The notes under the pieces: model-generated
Told to the model about the DNA's origin: nothing
Seen by the model: only the letters and a program-made list of their open reading frames with translations
The model's database searches: none
Made by a program: the position numbers and the translations under genes
Part shown: positions 47,331-60,638 of the stretch, one piece after another
Position numbering within the stretch: the stretch's first letter is position 1
How the letters are laid out: each line of letters begins with the position of its first letter
DNA from: Pristiophorus japonicus
Taxonomy: Eukaryota
Reading direction: 5' to 3'
Length of the DNA stretch: 64,000 bases
Assembly (NCBI RefSeq): GCF_044704955.1
Contig: NC_091977.1
Location: forward strand, 12,958,001 to 13,022,000

Positions 47331-50300
47331 CGGTGGGGAAGGGCCACTTGTAACTTCTTTTTTGTGTACATGGAGCACCATGATCTGTAAATACCTATGT
47401 AGTGCCATGTACAATGCAAGGTCTGTTTCATAATGCACATTGGAAAAGAAAAATGTAAATGAACCGTCACCCATTCCGTGTACTGTATAGTGACACACGC
47501 TGATGACTACATCTGCGGGAAGTGTATCCGCCTCCAGCTCCTGACGGACCGCGTTGCGGAATTGGAGCTGAGGGTGGATTCACTCTGGAGCATCCACGAT
47601 GCTGAGAATGATGTGAGTAGCACGTGTAGTGAGTTGGTCTTACCGCAGGTGAAGGGTCCACAGCCAGCTAGGGAATGGAAGACCAGCAGGAAGAGTAGTG
47701 CAAGGAAGGTAGTGCAGGGGTCCCCTGTGGTCATCCCCCTTCAAAACAGATACACTGCTTTGAGTACTGTTGAGGGGGATGACTCATCAGGAGAGGGCAG
47801 CAGCAGCCAAGTTCATGGCACCGTGGCTGGCTCTGTTGCACAGGAGGGCAGGAAAAAGAGTGGGAGAGTGATAGTGATAGGGGATTCAATTGTAAGGGGA
47901 ATAGATAGGTGTTTCTGCGGCCGCAACTAAGACTCTAGGATGGTATGTTGCCTCCCTGGTGCAAGGGTCAAGGATGTCTCGGAGCGGGTGCAGGACATTC
48001 TAAAAAGGGAGGGAGAACAGCCAGTTGTCATGGTGAACATTGGTACCAACGACATAGGTAAAAAAAGGGATGAGGTCCTACGAAATGAATTGAAGGAGCT
48101 AGGAGTTAAATTAAAAAGTAGGACCTCAAAAGTAGTAATCTCGGGATTGCTACCAGTGCCACATGATAGTCAGAGTTGGAATCGCAGGATAATGCAGCTG
48201 AATACGTGGCTTGAGCAGTGGTGCAGCAGGGATGGAATCAAATTCCTGGGGCATTGGAACAGATTCTGGGGGAGGTGGGACCAGTACAAACCGGACGGTC
48301 TGCACCTGGGCAGGACCGGAACCAATGTCCTAGGGGGAGTGTTTGCTAGTGCTGTTGGGGAGGAGTTAAACTAATATGGCAGGGGGATGGGAACCAATGC
48401 AGGGAGACAGAGGGAAACAAAAAGGAGACAAAAGCAAAAGACAGAAAGGAGATGAGGAAAAGTGGAGGGCAGAGAAACCCAAGGCAAAGAACAAAAAGGG
48501 CCACTGTACAGCAAAATTCTAAAAGGACAAAGGATGTTAAAAAAACAAGCATGAAGGCTTTGTGTCTTAATGCAAGAAGTATACGTAATAAAGTGGATGA
48601 ATTAACTGTGCAAATAGATGTTCACAAATATGATGTGATTGGGATTACAGAGACGTGGCTCCAGGATGATCAGGGCTGGGAACTCAACATCCAGGGGTAT
48701 TCAACATTCAGGAAGGATAGAATAAAAGGAAAAGGAGGTGGGGTAGCATTGCTGGTTAAGGAGGAGATTAATGCAATAGTTAGGAAGGACATTAGCTTGG
48801 ATGATGTGGAATCTATATGGGTAGAGCTGCAGAACACCAAAGGGCAAAAAACATTAGTGGGAGTTGTGTAGTGATGTTGGGGAGGGCATCAAACAGGAAA
48901 TTAGGGGTGCATGCAATAAAGGTCCAGCAGTTATAATGGGTGACTTTAATATGCACATAGTTTGGGCTAACCAAACTGGAAGTAATACGGTGGAGGAGGA
49001 TTTCCTAAAGTGCATAAGGGATGGTTTTCTAGACCAATATGTCGAGGAACCAACTAGGGGGGAGGCCATCTTAGACTGGGTGTTCTGTAATGAGAGAGGA
49101 TTAATCAGCAATCTTGTTGTGCGAGGCCCCTTGGGGAAGAGTGACCATAATATGGTGGAATTCTGCATTAGGATGGAGAATGAAACAGTTAATTCAGACC
49201 ATGGTCCAGAACTTAAGGGTAACTTTGAAGGTATGAGGCATGAATTGGCTAGGATAGATTGGCAAATGATACTTAAGGGGTTGACTGTGGATGGGCAATG
49301 GCAGACATTTAGAGACCGCATGGATGAACTACGACAATTGTACATTCCTGTCTAGCGTAAAAATAAAAAAGGGAAGGTGGCTCAACCGTGGCTATCAAGG
49401 GAAATCAGAGATAGTATTAAAGCCAAGGAAGTGGCATACAAATTGGCCAGAAATAGCAGCGAACCCAGTGACTGGGAGAAATTTAAAACTCAGCAGAGGA
49501 GGACAAAGGGTTTGATTAGGGCAGGGAAAATGGAGTACGAGAAGAAGCTTGCAGGGAACATTAAGACGGATTGCAAAAGCTTCTATAGATATGTAAAGAG
49601 AAAAAGGTTAGTAAAGACAAACGTAGGTCCCCTGCAGACAGAATCAGGGGAAGTCATAACGGGGAACAAAGAAATGGCAGACCAATTGAACAAATACTTT
49701 GGTTCGGTATTCACTAAGAAGGACACAAACAACCTTCCGGATATAAAAGGGGTCAGAGGGTCTAGTAAGGAGGAGGAACTGAGGGAAATCCTTATTAGTC
49801 GGAAAATTGTGTTGGGGAAAATGATGGGATTGAAGGCCGATAAATCCCTAGGGCCTGATGGACTGCATCCCAGAGTACTTAAGGAGGTGGCCTTGGAAAT
49901 AGCGGATGCATTGACAGTCATTTTCCAACATTCCATTGACTCTGGATCAGTTCCTATCGAGTGGAGGGTAGCCAATGTAACCCCACTTTTTAAAAAAGGA
50001 TGGAGAGAGAAAACAGGGAATTATAGACCGGTCAGCCTGACATCGGTAGTGGGTAAAATGTTGGAATCAATTATTAAGGATGTCATAGCAGCGCATTTGG
50101 AAAGAGGTGACATGATAGGTCCAAGTCAGCATGGATTTGTGAAAGGGAAATCGTGCTTACAAATCTTCTGGAATTTTTTGAGGATTTTTCCAGTAGAGTG
50201 GATAAGGGAGAACCAGTTGATGTGGTATATTTGGACTTTCAGAAGGCTTTCGACAAAGTCCCACACAAGAGATTAATGTGAAAAGTATAAGCACATGGGG

Positions 50301-51631
50301 TTGTGGGTAGTGTGCTGATGTGGATTGAGAACTGGTTGTCAGACAGGAAGCAAAGAGTAGGAGTAAATGGGTACTTTTCAGAATGGCAGGCAGTGACTAG
50401 TGGGGTACCGCAAGGTTCTGTGCTGGGGCCCCAGCTGTTTACATTGTACATTAATGATTTAGACGAGGGGATTAAATGTAGTATCTCCAAATTTGCGGAT
50501 GACACTAAGTTGGGTGGCAGTGTGAGCTGCGAGGAGGATGCTATGAGGCTGCAGAGTCACTTGGATAGGTTAGGTGAGTGGACAAATGCATGGCAGATGA
50601 AGTATAATATGGATAAATGTGAGGTTATCCACTTTGGTGGTAAAAACAGAGAGACAGACTATTATCTGAATGGTGACAGATTAGGAAAAAGGGAGGTGCA
50701 ACGAGACCTGAGTGTCATGGTATATCAGTCATTGAAGGTTGGCATGCAGGTACAGCAGGCGGTTAAGAAAGCAAATGGCATGTTGGCCTTCATAGTGAGG
50801 GGATTTGAGTAAAAGTGCAGGGAGGTGTTGCTACAGTTGTACAGGGCCTTGGTGAGGCCACACCTGGAGTTTTCGTCTCCTAACTTGAGGAAGGACATTC
50901 TTGCTATTGAGGGAGGGCAGCGAAGATTCACCAGACTGATTCCTGGGATGGCGGGACTGACCTATCAAGAAAGACTGGATCAACTGGGCTTGTATTCACT
51001 GGAGTTCAGAAGAATGAGAGGGGACCTCATAGAAACGTTTAAAATTCTGATGGGTTCAGACAGGTTAGATGCAGGAAGAATGTTCCCATTGTTGGGGAAG
51101 TCCAGAACCAGGGGTCACAGTCTAAGGATAAGGGATAAGCCATTTAGGACCGAGATGAGGAGAAACTTCTTCACCCAGAGAGTGGTGAACCAGTGGAATT
51201 CTCTACCACAGGAAGTTGTTGAGGCCAATTCACTAAATATATTCAAAAAGGAGTTGGATGTAGTCCTTACTACTAGGGGGATCAAGGGGTATGGTGAGAA
51301 AGCAGGAATGGGGTACTGAAGTTGCATGTTCAGCCATGAACTCATTGAATGGCGGTGCAGGCTCGAAGGGCCGAATGGCCTACTCCTGCACCTATTTTCT
51401 ATGTTTCTATGTTTCTATGTAATGTAATTTGTTGAATGTACTACAATGTATCCCGTATTGTACCGAATTGTACTTGAACTGAAAAGCAAGGAAATGTATC
51501 GAAAGGAACTGCCGTCAGCACCCAAATGTAGTGTATGGGATTGCTGACCGCAGCTCAATGTACTGATCGGCTTTTGAATGTACTGATCAAATTTTTATAT
51601 GAATAAAGTATATTTTGAAATTTAAAAAAAA
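47331..51631 (+). mobile_element. Second copy of the Tx1 3' UTR (47331-47497 and 51420-51631) split by a CR1
   Basis: Near-identical to 46870-47313 with an internal deletion; own AATAAA/A-tail. Confidence 0.85.
47498..51419 (+). mobile_element. Near full-length CR1 (5'-truncated in ORF1)
   Basis: CGKCIRLQLL, IGDSIVRG, EN and RT pieces, (TTTCTATG)3 tail. Confidence 0.95.
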
Positions 51632-51711
51632 CACCCCCTGTCTGTGCATGCTATTTCGTGGAGCGATGTTTATCCCATCAGAGTATACTGCCCTTAAAAC
51701 AAAAGAAAAGA

Positions 51712-51835
51712 AAGACTTGCATTTATATGGTATCTTTCACAACCTCAGGATGTCCCAAACTCTTTACAACTAATGAAGCACTTTTGAAGTGTAGTCACTG
51801 CTGTCATGTGGGAAAAGGTCTCAGAAACAGCAATT
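51712..51835 (-). mobile_element. SINE 3' fragment (SacSINE1/Deu-like)
   Basis: Similar to 54285-54430. Confidence 0.7.
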
Positions 51836-52094
51836 AAATAAATGGTCAGAAATGGGTAGAACGAAATACAGCACTCCAGCTGTGGTCTAACCATAGCTTT
51901 CTAATCTGTCATATCTCAATTTACTCATACACTGTATTGCAAAATCTTCTTATTTTCCAAGATAACTAAACAACGTACACACACACACACAACATTAAAT
52001 ATAAAGTGTTTTTTTTTACTTCGCAGGGCCCACATTGGTTCTAGTCTTCAGTATGGTACGAAAGTACTGATCCTTCTCAGTTTCCACTGAGAGA

Positions 52095-54027
52095 CATAGA
52101 ATAGAAAGAGGCAATTCGGCCCATCCAGTCCATGCCGGCGTTTATGACTCCACTCGAGCCTCCTCCCGTCTTTCCTCATCTAAATCTATCAGTATAACCC
52201 TCAGTACCCTTTTCCTGCTCTCTCTCCATACCCCTTAATCCCATTAGACGTAACTCCCTCTTGAATATATCCAACGAACTACCATCAACAACTCTATGTG
52301 GTAGATAATTCCACAGGTTAACAACTCTCTGACTGAAAAAGTTTCTCCTCATCTCGTCCTAAATGGCTTACCCCTTATCCTTAGGCTGTGTCCCCTCGTT
52401 CTGGACGTCCCCAACATCGGGAACATTCTTCCCGCATCTAACCTGTCCAGTCCCATCAAAATCTTATATGTTTCTATGAGATCCCCTCTCATCCTTCTAA
52501 ACTCCAATGTAGTCAATCCAGTCTCTCCTCACATGTAGGTCCTGCCATCCTGGGAATCAGTCTGGTGAACCTTCAATAGCAAGAATGTCCTTCCTCAGAT
52601 TAGAGACCAAAACTGAACACAATATTCCAGGTGAGGCCTCCCGAAGGCCCTGTACAAATGCAGTAAGACCTCCCTGCTCCTATACTCACATCCCCTAGCT
52701 ATGAAGGCCAACATGCCATTTGCCTTCTTCACCGCCTGCTATATCTGCATGCCAACTTTCAATGACTGATGTACCATGACACCCAGGTCTCATTGGATCT
52801 CCCCTTTTCCTAATCTGCCGTCATTCAGATAATATTCTGCCTTCGTGTTTTTGCCACCAAAGTGGATAACCTCACATTTATCTACATTATGCTGCATCTG
52901 GCATGCATTTGCCCACCCACCTATCCTGTCCAAGTCACCCTGCAGCCTCCTAGCATCCTCCTCACAGCTCACACTACCACCCAGTTTAGTGTCATCTGCA
53001 AGCTTGGAGATATTACACTCAATTCCTTCATCTAAATCATTGATGTAGATTGTAAATAGCTGGGGTCCCAGCACTGAGCCCTGCGTCACTGCCTGCCATT
53101 CTGAAAAGGACCCGTTTATCCCAACTCTCTGCTTCCTGTCTGCCAACCAGTTCTCTATCCACATCAATACATTACCCCCAATACCATGTGCTTTAATTTT
53201 GCACATCAATCTCTTGTATGGGACCTTGTCAAAAGCCTTTTGAAAGTCCAAATACACCACACCACTGGTTCTCCCTTATCCACTCTACTAGTTACATCCT
53301 CAAAAAATTTTAGAAGCTTTGTCAAGCATGATTTCCCTTTCATAAGTCCATGCGGACTTGGACTGATCCTGTCACTGCTTTCCAAATGCGCTGCTATTTC
53401 ATCTTTAATAATTGATTCCAACATTTTCCCCACTACTGATGTCAGGCTAACCAGTCTATAATTATCCATTTTCTCGCTCCCTCCTTTTTAAAAAAGTGGT
53501 GTTACATTAGCTACCCTCTCGTCTATAGGAACTGATCCAGAGTCGATAAACTGTTGGTAAATGATCACCAGTGCATCCACTATTTCTAGGGCCACTTCCT
53601 TAAGTAACCTGGGTTGCAGACTATCAGGTTCTGGGGATTTATCGGCCTTCAATCCCATCAATTTCCCTAAAACACTTTCCTGACTAATCAGGATTTGCTT
53701 CAGTTTCTCCTTCTCACTAAACCCTCGGTCCTCTAGTATTTCCGCAAGATTTTTTGTGTCTTCCTTCGTGAAGACAGAACCAAAGTATTTGTTCAATTGG
53801 TCTGCCATTTCTCTGTTCCCCATTATAAATTCACCTGATTTTGACTGCAAGGGACTTACATTGGTCTTCACTCATCTTTTTCTCTTCACATATCTATAGA
53901 ATCTTTTGCAGTCAGTTTTTATGTTCCCAGCAAGCTTCCTCTCATATTCTATTTTGCCCCACCTAATTAAACCCTTTGTCCTCCTCGGCTGAATTCTAAA
54001 TTTCTCCCAGTCCTCTGGTTTGCTGCT
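52095..54027 (-). mobile_element. CR1 ORF2 fragment
   Basis: Minus-strand RT ORFs 52790-54120. Confidence 0.92.
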
Positions 54028-54284
54028 CATCAACGCAGGCTCCAAACACAACTGAGCAGCCCCAAACCAGCGGTTAACCCATAGCAGCTGTGAAAATAGG
54101 CCTGTGTCCTGCCAGGCCACATATTGCTCTCTCCCATGTCAGCACACTGCCTGAATTGTGGGTAACAGCAGCAAATAAGGGCAAATAGGATATTGGGTTA
54201 CATAGTGAGTGGGATTGAGAACAAATCACAGGATTGCATGCAGTGGGCAAACATTACCGACCAACCCCAGGCAACGCGGCAGTC

Positions 54285-54740
54285 AATTGCATTTCTATAG
54301 TGCTTTTCACCAGTTTGGGATGTCCCAAATGCTTCAGATCCATTGACGTTTTTTGAAGTGCAGTCACTGTTGTAATGTAGGAAACGCGGAAGCCAATTTA
54401 CGCACAGCAAGCTCTCACAAACAGCAATGTGATACATGAGGAGATAATTTATTTTTTGGTGATGTTGGTTGAGGGATAAATATTGGTCAGGTCACCAGGG
54501 AGAACTCCCCTGCTCTTCTTCGAAATAGTGGCCGTGGGATCTTTTACGTTCGCCTGAGAGAGCAGACGGAGCCTCGGTTTAACATCTCTTCCGAACGATG
54601 GCACCTCTGACTGTGCAGCGCTCCCTCAGCACTGCACTGGGAGTGTCAGCCTGGATTTAGAGCTCAAGTCCCTGGAATGGGTCCTGCACTCATCTTCTGA
54701 CTCAGAGGCGAGAGTCCAACAACTGAGACACGGCTAACAC
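54285..54740 (-). mobile_element. tRNA-headed SINE, SacSINE1/DeuSINE-like
   Basis: Minus-strand head gtgttagccgtgtctcagttg...ctctgagtcagaag; central gaagagcaggggagttctccctgg; L2-like tail. Confidence 0.8.
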
Positions 54741-55134
54741 AATATTCACTCATTAAATACATCCCATGTTTCAAATTGATTTTTAATGGACTGGTCATTT
54801 AACTTTACTTTCTGAAGAAAGAAATATCTATTTAATCGGTGCTTCCTGTTATGTATTTTCAGTGTGATGGCTGAGATAGTGAACTGTGCAAAGTCACTGC
54901 CACGTGAGCCTTGACTGGAACTTCCTCTTCACCAATAGTAAGTGGAGAAATCTGAGAAGGAACTGGGCAGGCATGGCACATTCTCTCACTTATCTTTGTT
55001 TTCTGACGGTCTCAGTGCGGAACTTTGAGTAATTGGAAAGAACAATTTTACCAACTTATGTTTCACTAACTTTGCTCTACTTCAGAGTTGTCCAATATAT
55101 TTGCCACTAGCCACTGCTGTTACCCACCAGCCAC

Positions 55135-55460
55135 ATCTTTTGCAATCTCACAACCCCACAAGATGTCTGCGCTCCTCAAATTCTGGCCTCTTGAACAGCT
55201 CTCATTATAAATGCTCAACCATCAGTGGAGGTGCCTTCAGCTGCCTGGGACTCTGGAACTCCCTCCCTAAACCTCTATGCCTTTCTATCTCTTTTTCCTC
55301 CTTTAAAATGCTCCTTAAAACCTACTTCTTTAAACAAGCTTTTAGTCATCTGCCTTAATTTCTTCTGTGGCTCAGTGTCTAATTTATCTGTTTGTCTGTA
55401 ACACTGTTGTGAAGCGCCTTGAGACGTTAAAGGTGCTATATAAATACAGGTTATTATTAT
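55135..55460 (+). mobile_element. L2 LINE 3' end
   Basis: LRSS...GGAFS...LWNSLP...LLKTYFF; tail ggtgctatataaat. Confidence 0.85.
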
Positions 55461-56670
55461 ATAATGTAGTAAAATGTCCCAAGGTGCTTCACAGCAGTGC
55501 TATAAGACAAAACAAATACAGTTGACATCGAGCCACATCAGAACAAATTACGGCAGGTGACCAAATGGTCATATCGGTAGGTTTTAAGGAGCGTCTTAAA
55601 GGAGAAAAGAGAGTTAAAGAGGAGGAGAGGTTTAGAAAGGGAGTTCCAGAGCTTAGGGCCCAGGCAGCTGAAGGCACGGCCACCAATGATTGAGCAGTTA
55701 TAATCGGGGATGCTCAAGAGGGCAGAATTAGAGGAGCGCAGACATCTCGTGCAAGTGTGAAGCTGAAAGAGATTACAGAAAAATGGGAAGGGCGAGGCCA
55801 TGGAGGGATTTGTAAACAAGGATGTGAATTTTGAAATCGGGAGCCAATGTAGATCAGCAAGCACAGGGGTGATGGGTGATCGCGAGTTAGGATACAGGCT
55901 GCCGAGTTTTGGATGACCTCAAGTTTACATAGGGTAGAATGTGGGAGGCCATCCAGGAGTGCATTGGAGTAGTCAAATCTAGAGGTAACAAAGGCAGGGA
56001 TGAGGGTTTCAGCAACAGAAGAGCTGAGGCAGGGGTGTGCAATGTTACGGAGGTGGAAATACATGTTTTAGTTATGCCGCGGATATGTGGGCGGAATCTC
56101 ATTTCAGGGTCAAATATGACGCCTAGGTTGCGAACAGTCTGGTTTAGCCTCAGATAGATGCTGGGAGAGGGATGGAGTCAGTGGCTAGGGAATGCAGTTT
56201 GTGGCGGGGACCAAAGACAATGGCTTCGGTCTTCCCAATATTTAATTGGAGAAATTTCTGCTCATCCAGTACTGGATGTCGGACAAGCAGTCTGACAATT
56301 TAGAGACCATGGAGGGGGCGAGAGAAGTGGTGGTGAGGTGGAGCTGGGTGTCGTCAGTGTACATGTGGAAACTGACTCCGTGTTTTCGGATGATGTCGCC
56401 AAGGGGCAGCATGTAGATGAGAAATAGGAAGGGGCCAAGGATAGATCCTTGGGGGAACACCAGAGGAAATGATGCAGGAGTGGGAAAAGAAGCCATTGCA
56501 GGAGATTTTCTGGCTACGATTAGATAGATAAGAATGGAACCAGGCGAGTGCAGTCCCACCCAGCTGGACGATGGTGGCGAGGCCTTGGAGGAGGATGGAG
56601 TGGTCAACTGTGCCAAAGGCTGCAGACAGATCCAGAAGGACGAGGAGGGATAGTTTACCTTTGTCACAGT
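55461..56670 (-). mobile_element. L2 LINE RT fragment
   Basis: PQGSILGP, FHMYTDDTQL, AFVTSRFDYSNALL, LHWLP. Confidence 0.88.
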
Positions 56671-56674
56671 CACA

Positions 56675-57215
56675 AAGAAGTCTGTTAAAAAAGCAAACGG
56701 GATCCTAGGCTGCATGAACAGAGGCATAGAGTACAAAAGCAAGGAAGTTACGCGAAATTTAATAAAATATTAATTAGAGTATCAGCTGGAGTATTATGTT
56801 CAATTCTGGGCACCCCACTTTATAAAGAATGTTAAGGCCTTAGAGAGGGTGCAGAAGAGATTTACTCGAATGTTTCCAGGGATGAAGGACTTCAGTTATG
56901 TGGAGAGAGTTCAGAAGCTGGGATTGTTCTCCTGCGAGTAGAGCAGGTTAAGAGGAGATTTAATAAAATTGTTTTGATAGATTAAATAAGGAGAAAGTGT
57001 TTCCAGAGGAAGAGCGTTTGGTAACCAGAGGACATGGATTTAAGGTGAGTGGCCAGAGGTGACATGAGGACACAGCAAGTTCTTGTAGTCTGGAATGCAC
57101 TGCCTGAAAGGATGGTGGAAGCAGATTCAATAGCAACTTTCAAAGAAAATTGGGTAAAAATTTTGAAGGGAAAACATTTATAGGGCTGTGGGGAAAGAAC
57201 AGGGGTGGGAATAGA
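56675..57215 (+). mobile_element. Old CR1 3' fragment
   Basis: KKANGILGCM..., LERVQKRFTRM. Confidence 0.8.
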
Positions 57216-57385
57216 TGGGGGAGGTCATCCAGGAGTGCGTTGGAGTAGTCAAGTCTAGAGGTAACAAAGGCAGGGATGAGGGTTTCAGCAACAGAAGAAC
57301 TGAGGCAGGGGTGTGCAATGTTACGGAGGTGGAAATACACGTTTTAGTTATGCCGCGGATATGTGGGCGGAATCTCATTTCGGAT
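57216..57385 (-). mobile_element. Duplicate of L2 segment 55944-56105
   Basis: Near-identical sequence. Confidence 0.8.
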
Positions 57386-57670
57386 GGCGTCTGATTTCTG
57401 ACCCCGGGAGGGTGCAATCCCTAATTGGAGGGGGGGGGGAGCTTTAGTTGGGCGGTGTCTAATGGGGGAGGGTCCGATCCCAGGGAAGGAGGTAAGCTTG
57501 GTGGGCCGGGCGGAAGCAATCCTGCTCCTGGTAAGGCACTTGCCTTCTCCCCGAAGCTGTCCTCACCTCCCTTGAGCTGCCGGGTTTCCCGATGCCCTGG
57601 AAACCTGGCCACGAGGGTTAAACCCGAAAATCAGGTTAAATCTGAGGCTCCCAGCCTCATTAAAATATTT

Positions 57671-60568
57671 ACATAGAAACATAGAAACATAGAAAATAGG
57701 TGCAGGAGTAGGCCATTTCGCCCTTCGAGCCTGCACCGCCATTCCATAAGATCATGGCTGATCATTCCCTCAGTGCCCCTTTCCTGCTTTCTCTCCATAC
57801 CCCTTGATCCCTTTAGCCATAAGGGCCATATCTAACTCCCTCTTGAATATATCCAATGAACTGGCATCAACAACTCTCTGCGGCAGGGAATTCCACAGGT
57901 TAGCAACTCTCTGAGTGAAGGGGTTTCTCCTCATCTCAGTCCTAAATGGCCTACCCCTTATCCTAAGACTATGTCCCCTGGTTCTGGACTTTCCCAACAT
58001 CGGGAACATTCTTCCTGCATCTAATCTTTTCAGTCCCATCAGAATTTTATATGTTTCTATGAGATCCCCTCTCATCCTTCTAAACTCCAGTGAATACAGG
58101 CCCAGTCAATCCACTCTCTCCTCATATGTCAGTCCTGTCATCCCGCGAAATCAGTCTGGTGAACTTTCGCTGCACTCCCTCAATAGCAAGAACTTCCTTC
58201 CTCTGATTAGGAGACCAAAACTGAACACAATATTCCAGCTGGGGCCTCACTGAAGGCCCTGTAGAACTGCAGTAAGACCTCCCTGCTCCTCTACTCAAAT
58301 CCCCTTGCTATGAAGGCCAACATACCTGCTGTACCTGCATGCCAACTTTCAATGACTGATGTACCATGACACCCAGGTCTCTTTGCATCTCCCCTTTTCC
58401 TAATCTGCCGCCATTCAGATAATATTCTGCCTTCATGTTTTTGTCACCAAAGTGGGTAAACTCACATTTATCCACATTATACTGCATGTGTCATGTGTTT
58501 GCCAACTCACCTAACCTGTCCAAGTCACCCTGCAACCTCTTAGCATCCTCCTCACAGCTCTCACCGCCACCCAGCTTAGTGTCATCTGCAAACTTGGAGA
58601 TATTACACTCAATTCCTTCATCTAAATCATTAATGATTATTGTAAATAGCTGGGGTCCCAGCACTGAGCCCTGCGGCACCCCACTAGTCACTGCCTGCCA
58701 TTCTGAAAAGGACCCGTTTATCCCGACTCTCTGCTTCCTGTCTGCCAACCAGTTCTCTATCCACGTCAGTACATTACCCCCAATATCATATGCTTTAATT
58801 TTGCAATTCAATCTATTGTTTGGGACCTTGTCAAAAGCCTTTTGAAAGTCCAAATACACCACATCCACTGGTTCTCCCTTGGGTACTCTACCAGTTACAC
58901 CCTCAAAAAATTCTAGAAGATTTGTCAAGCATGATTTCCCTTTCACAAATCCATGCTGACTTGGACCTATCCTGTCACTGCTTTCCAAATGCACTGCTAT
59001 TTCATCCTTAATGATTGATTCCAACATTTTCCCCACTACTGATGTCAGGCTAACCGTTCTATAATTACCCGTTTTCTCTCTCCCTCCTTTTTTAAAAAGT
59101 GGTGTTACATTAGCTACCCTCCAGTTCATGGGAACTGATCCAGAGTCGATAAACTGTTGGGAAATGATCACCAATGCATCCACTATTTCTAGGGCCACTT
59201 CCTTAAGTACTCTGAGATGCAGACTATCAGGCCCCAGGGATTTATCGACCTTCAATCCAATCAATTTCCTTAACACAATTTCCCGCCTAATAAGGATTTC
59301 TTTCAGTTCCTTGCTCTCACTCGACCCTCGGTCTCCTAGTATTTACAGAAGGTTATTTATGTCTTTCTTCATGAAGACAGAATCAATGTATTTGTTTAAC
59401 TGGTCCGCCATTTCTTTGTTCCCCATTATAAATTCACCTGGATCTGACTGCAAGACGTTTGTCTTCACTAATCTTTTTCTCTTCACATATTTATAGAAGC
59501 TTTTGCAGTCAGTTTTTATGTTCCCAGCAAGATTCCTCTCATACTCTATTTTCCCTCTCCTAATTAAACCCTTTGTCCTCCTCTGCTGAATTATAAAATT
59601 CTCCTAGTTCTCTGGTTTGCTGCTTTTTCTGGCCCATTTATATGCCTCTTCCTTGGATTTAACACTATCCTTTATTTCACTTGTTAGCCACGGTTGAGCC
59701 ACCTTCCTCGTTTTATTTTTACTCCAGACAGGGATGTACAATTGTTGAAGTTCATCCATGTGATCTTTAAATGTTTGCCACTGTCTATCCACCGTCAGCC
59801 CTTTAAGTATCACTCGCCAGTCTATTCCAGCCAATTCATGTCTCATACCATCGAAGTTACCTTTCCTTAATTTCAGGACCCTAGTCTCTGAATTAACAGT
59901 ATCACTCTCCATCTTAATAAGATTTCTACCATATTATGGTCACTCTTCCCCAAGGGGCCTCGCATAACAATATTGTTCATTAGTCCTTTCTCATTACACA
60001 TCACCCAGTCTAGGACGGCCAGCCCTCTAGTTGGTTCCTCGACATATTGGTCTAGAAAACCATCCCTAATACACTCCAGGAAATCCTCCTCACCGCATTG
60101 CTACCAGTTTGCTCAGCCCAATCAATATGTAGATTAAAGTCGCCCATGATAACTGCTGTACCTTTATTGCACGCATCCCTAATTTCTTGTTTGATGCTGT
60201 CCCCAACCTCACTACTACTGTTTGGTGGACAACTCCCACTAGCGTTTTCTGCCCCTTGGTATTCCCTAGCTCCACCCACATCATCCAAGCTAATGTCCTT
60301 TCTTACTATTTCGTTAATTTCCTCTTTAACCAGCAACACCACCCCACCTCCTTTTCCTTTCTGTCTACCCTTCCTGAATGTTGAATACCCCTGGATATTG
60401 CGTTCACAGCCTTGGTCACTCTGGAGCCATGTCTCCGTGATGCCAATTACATCATATCCTTTAACAACTATCTGTGCAGTTAATTCGTCCACCTTATTAC
60501 GAATACTCCTCGCATTGAGGCATAGAGCCTTCAGGCTTGTCTTTTTAACACACTTTGGCCCTTTAGAA
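57671..60568 (-). mobile_element. CR1 ORF2 (EN+RT) + 3' UTR
   Basis: (CATAGAAA)n tail at 57671; ORFs 57770-60606. Confidence 0.95.
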
Positions 60569-60638
60569 TGGACGACCCGTCTCCTGGGAGAGGGGTGGCT
60601 GCCCACCCACTGCCCCGCCTCTTAAACCCGGAAGTGGG

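Noticed and set aside
54640-54740. tRNA gene
   Set aside because: Degenerate tRNA-derived SINE head; no intact cloverleaf.
4371-60625. Many similar antisense ORFs (e.g. [19 protein letters not shown]...)
   Set aside because: Recurrent antisense frames of CR1 ORF2; not independent genes.
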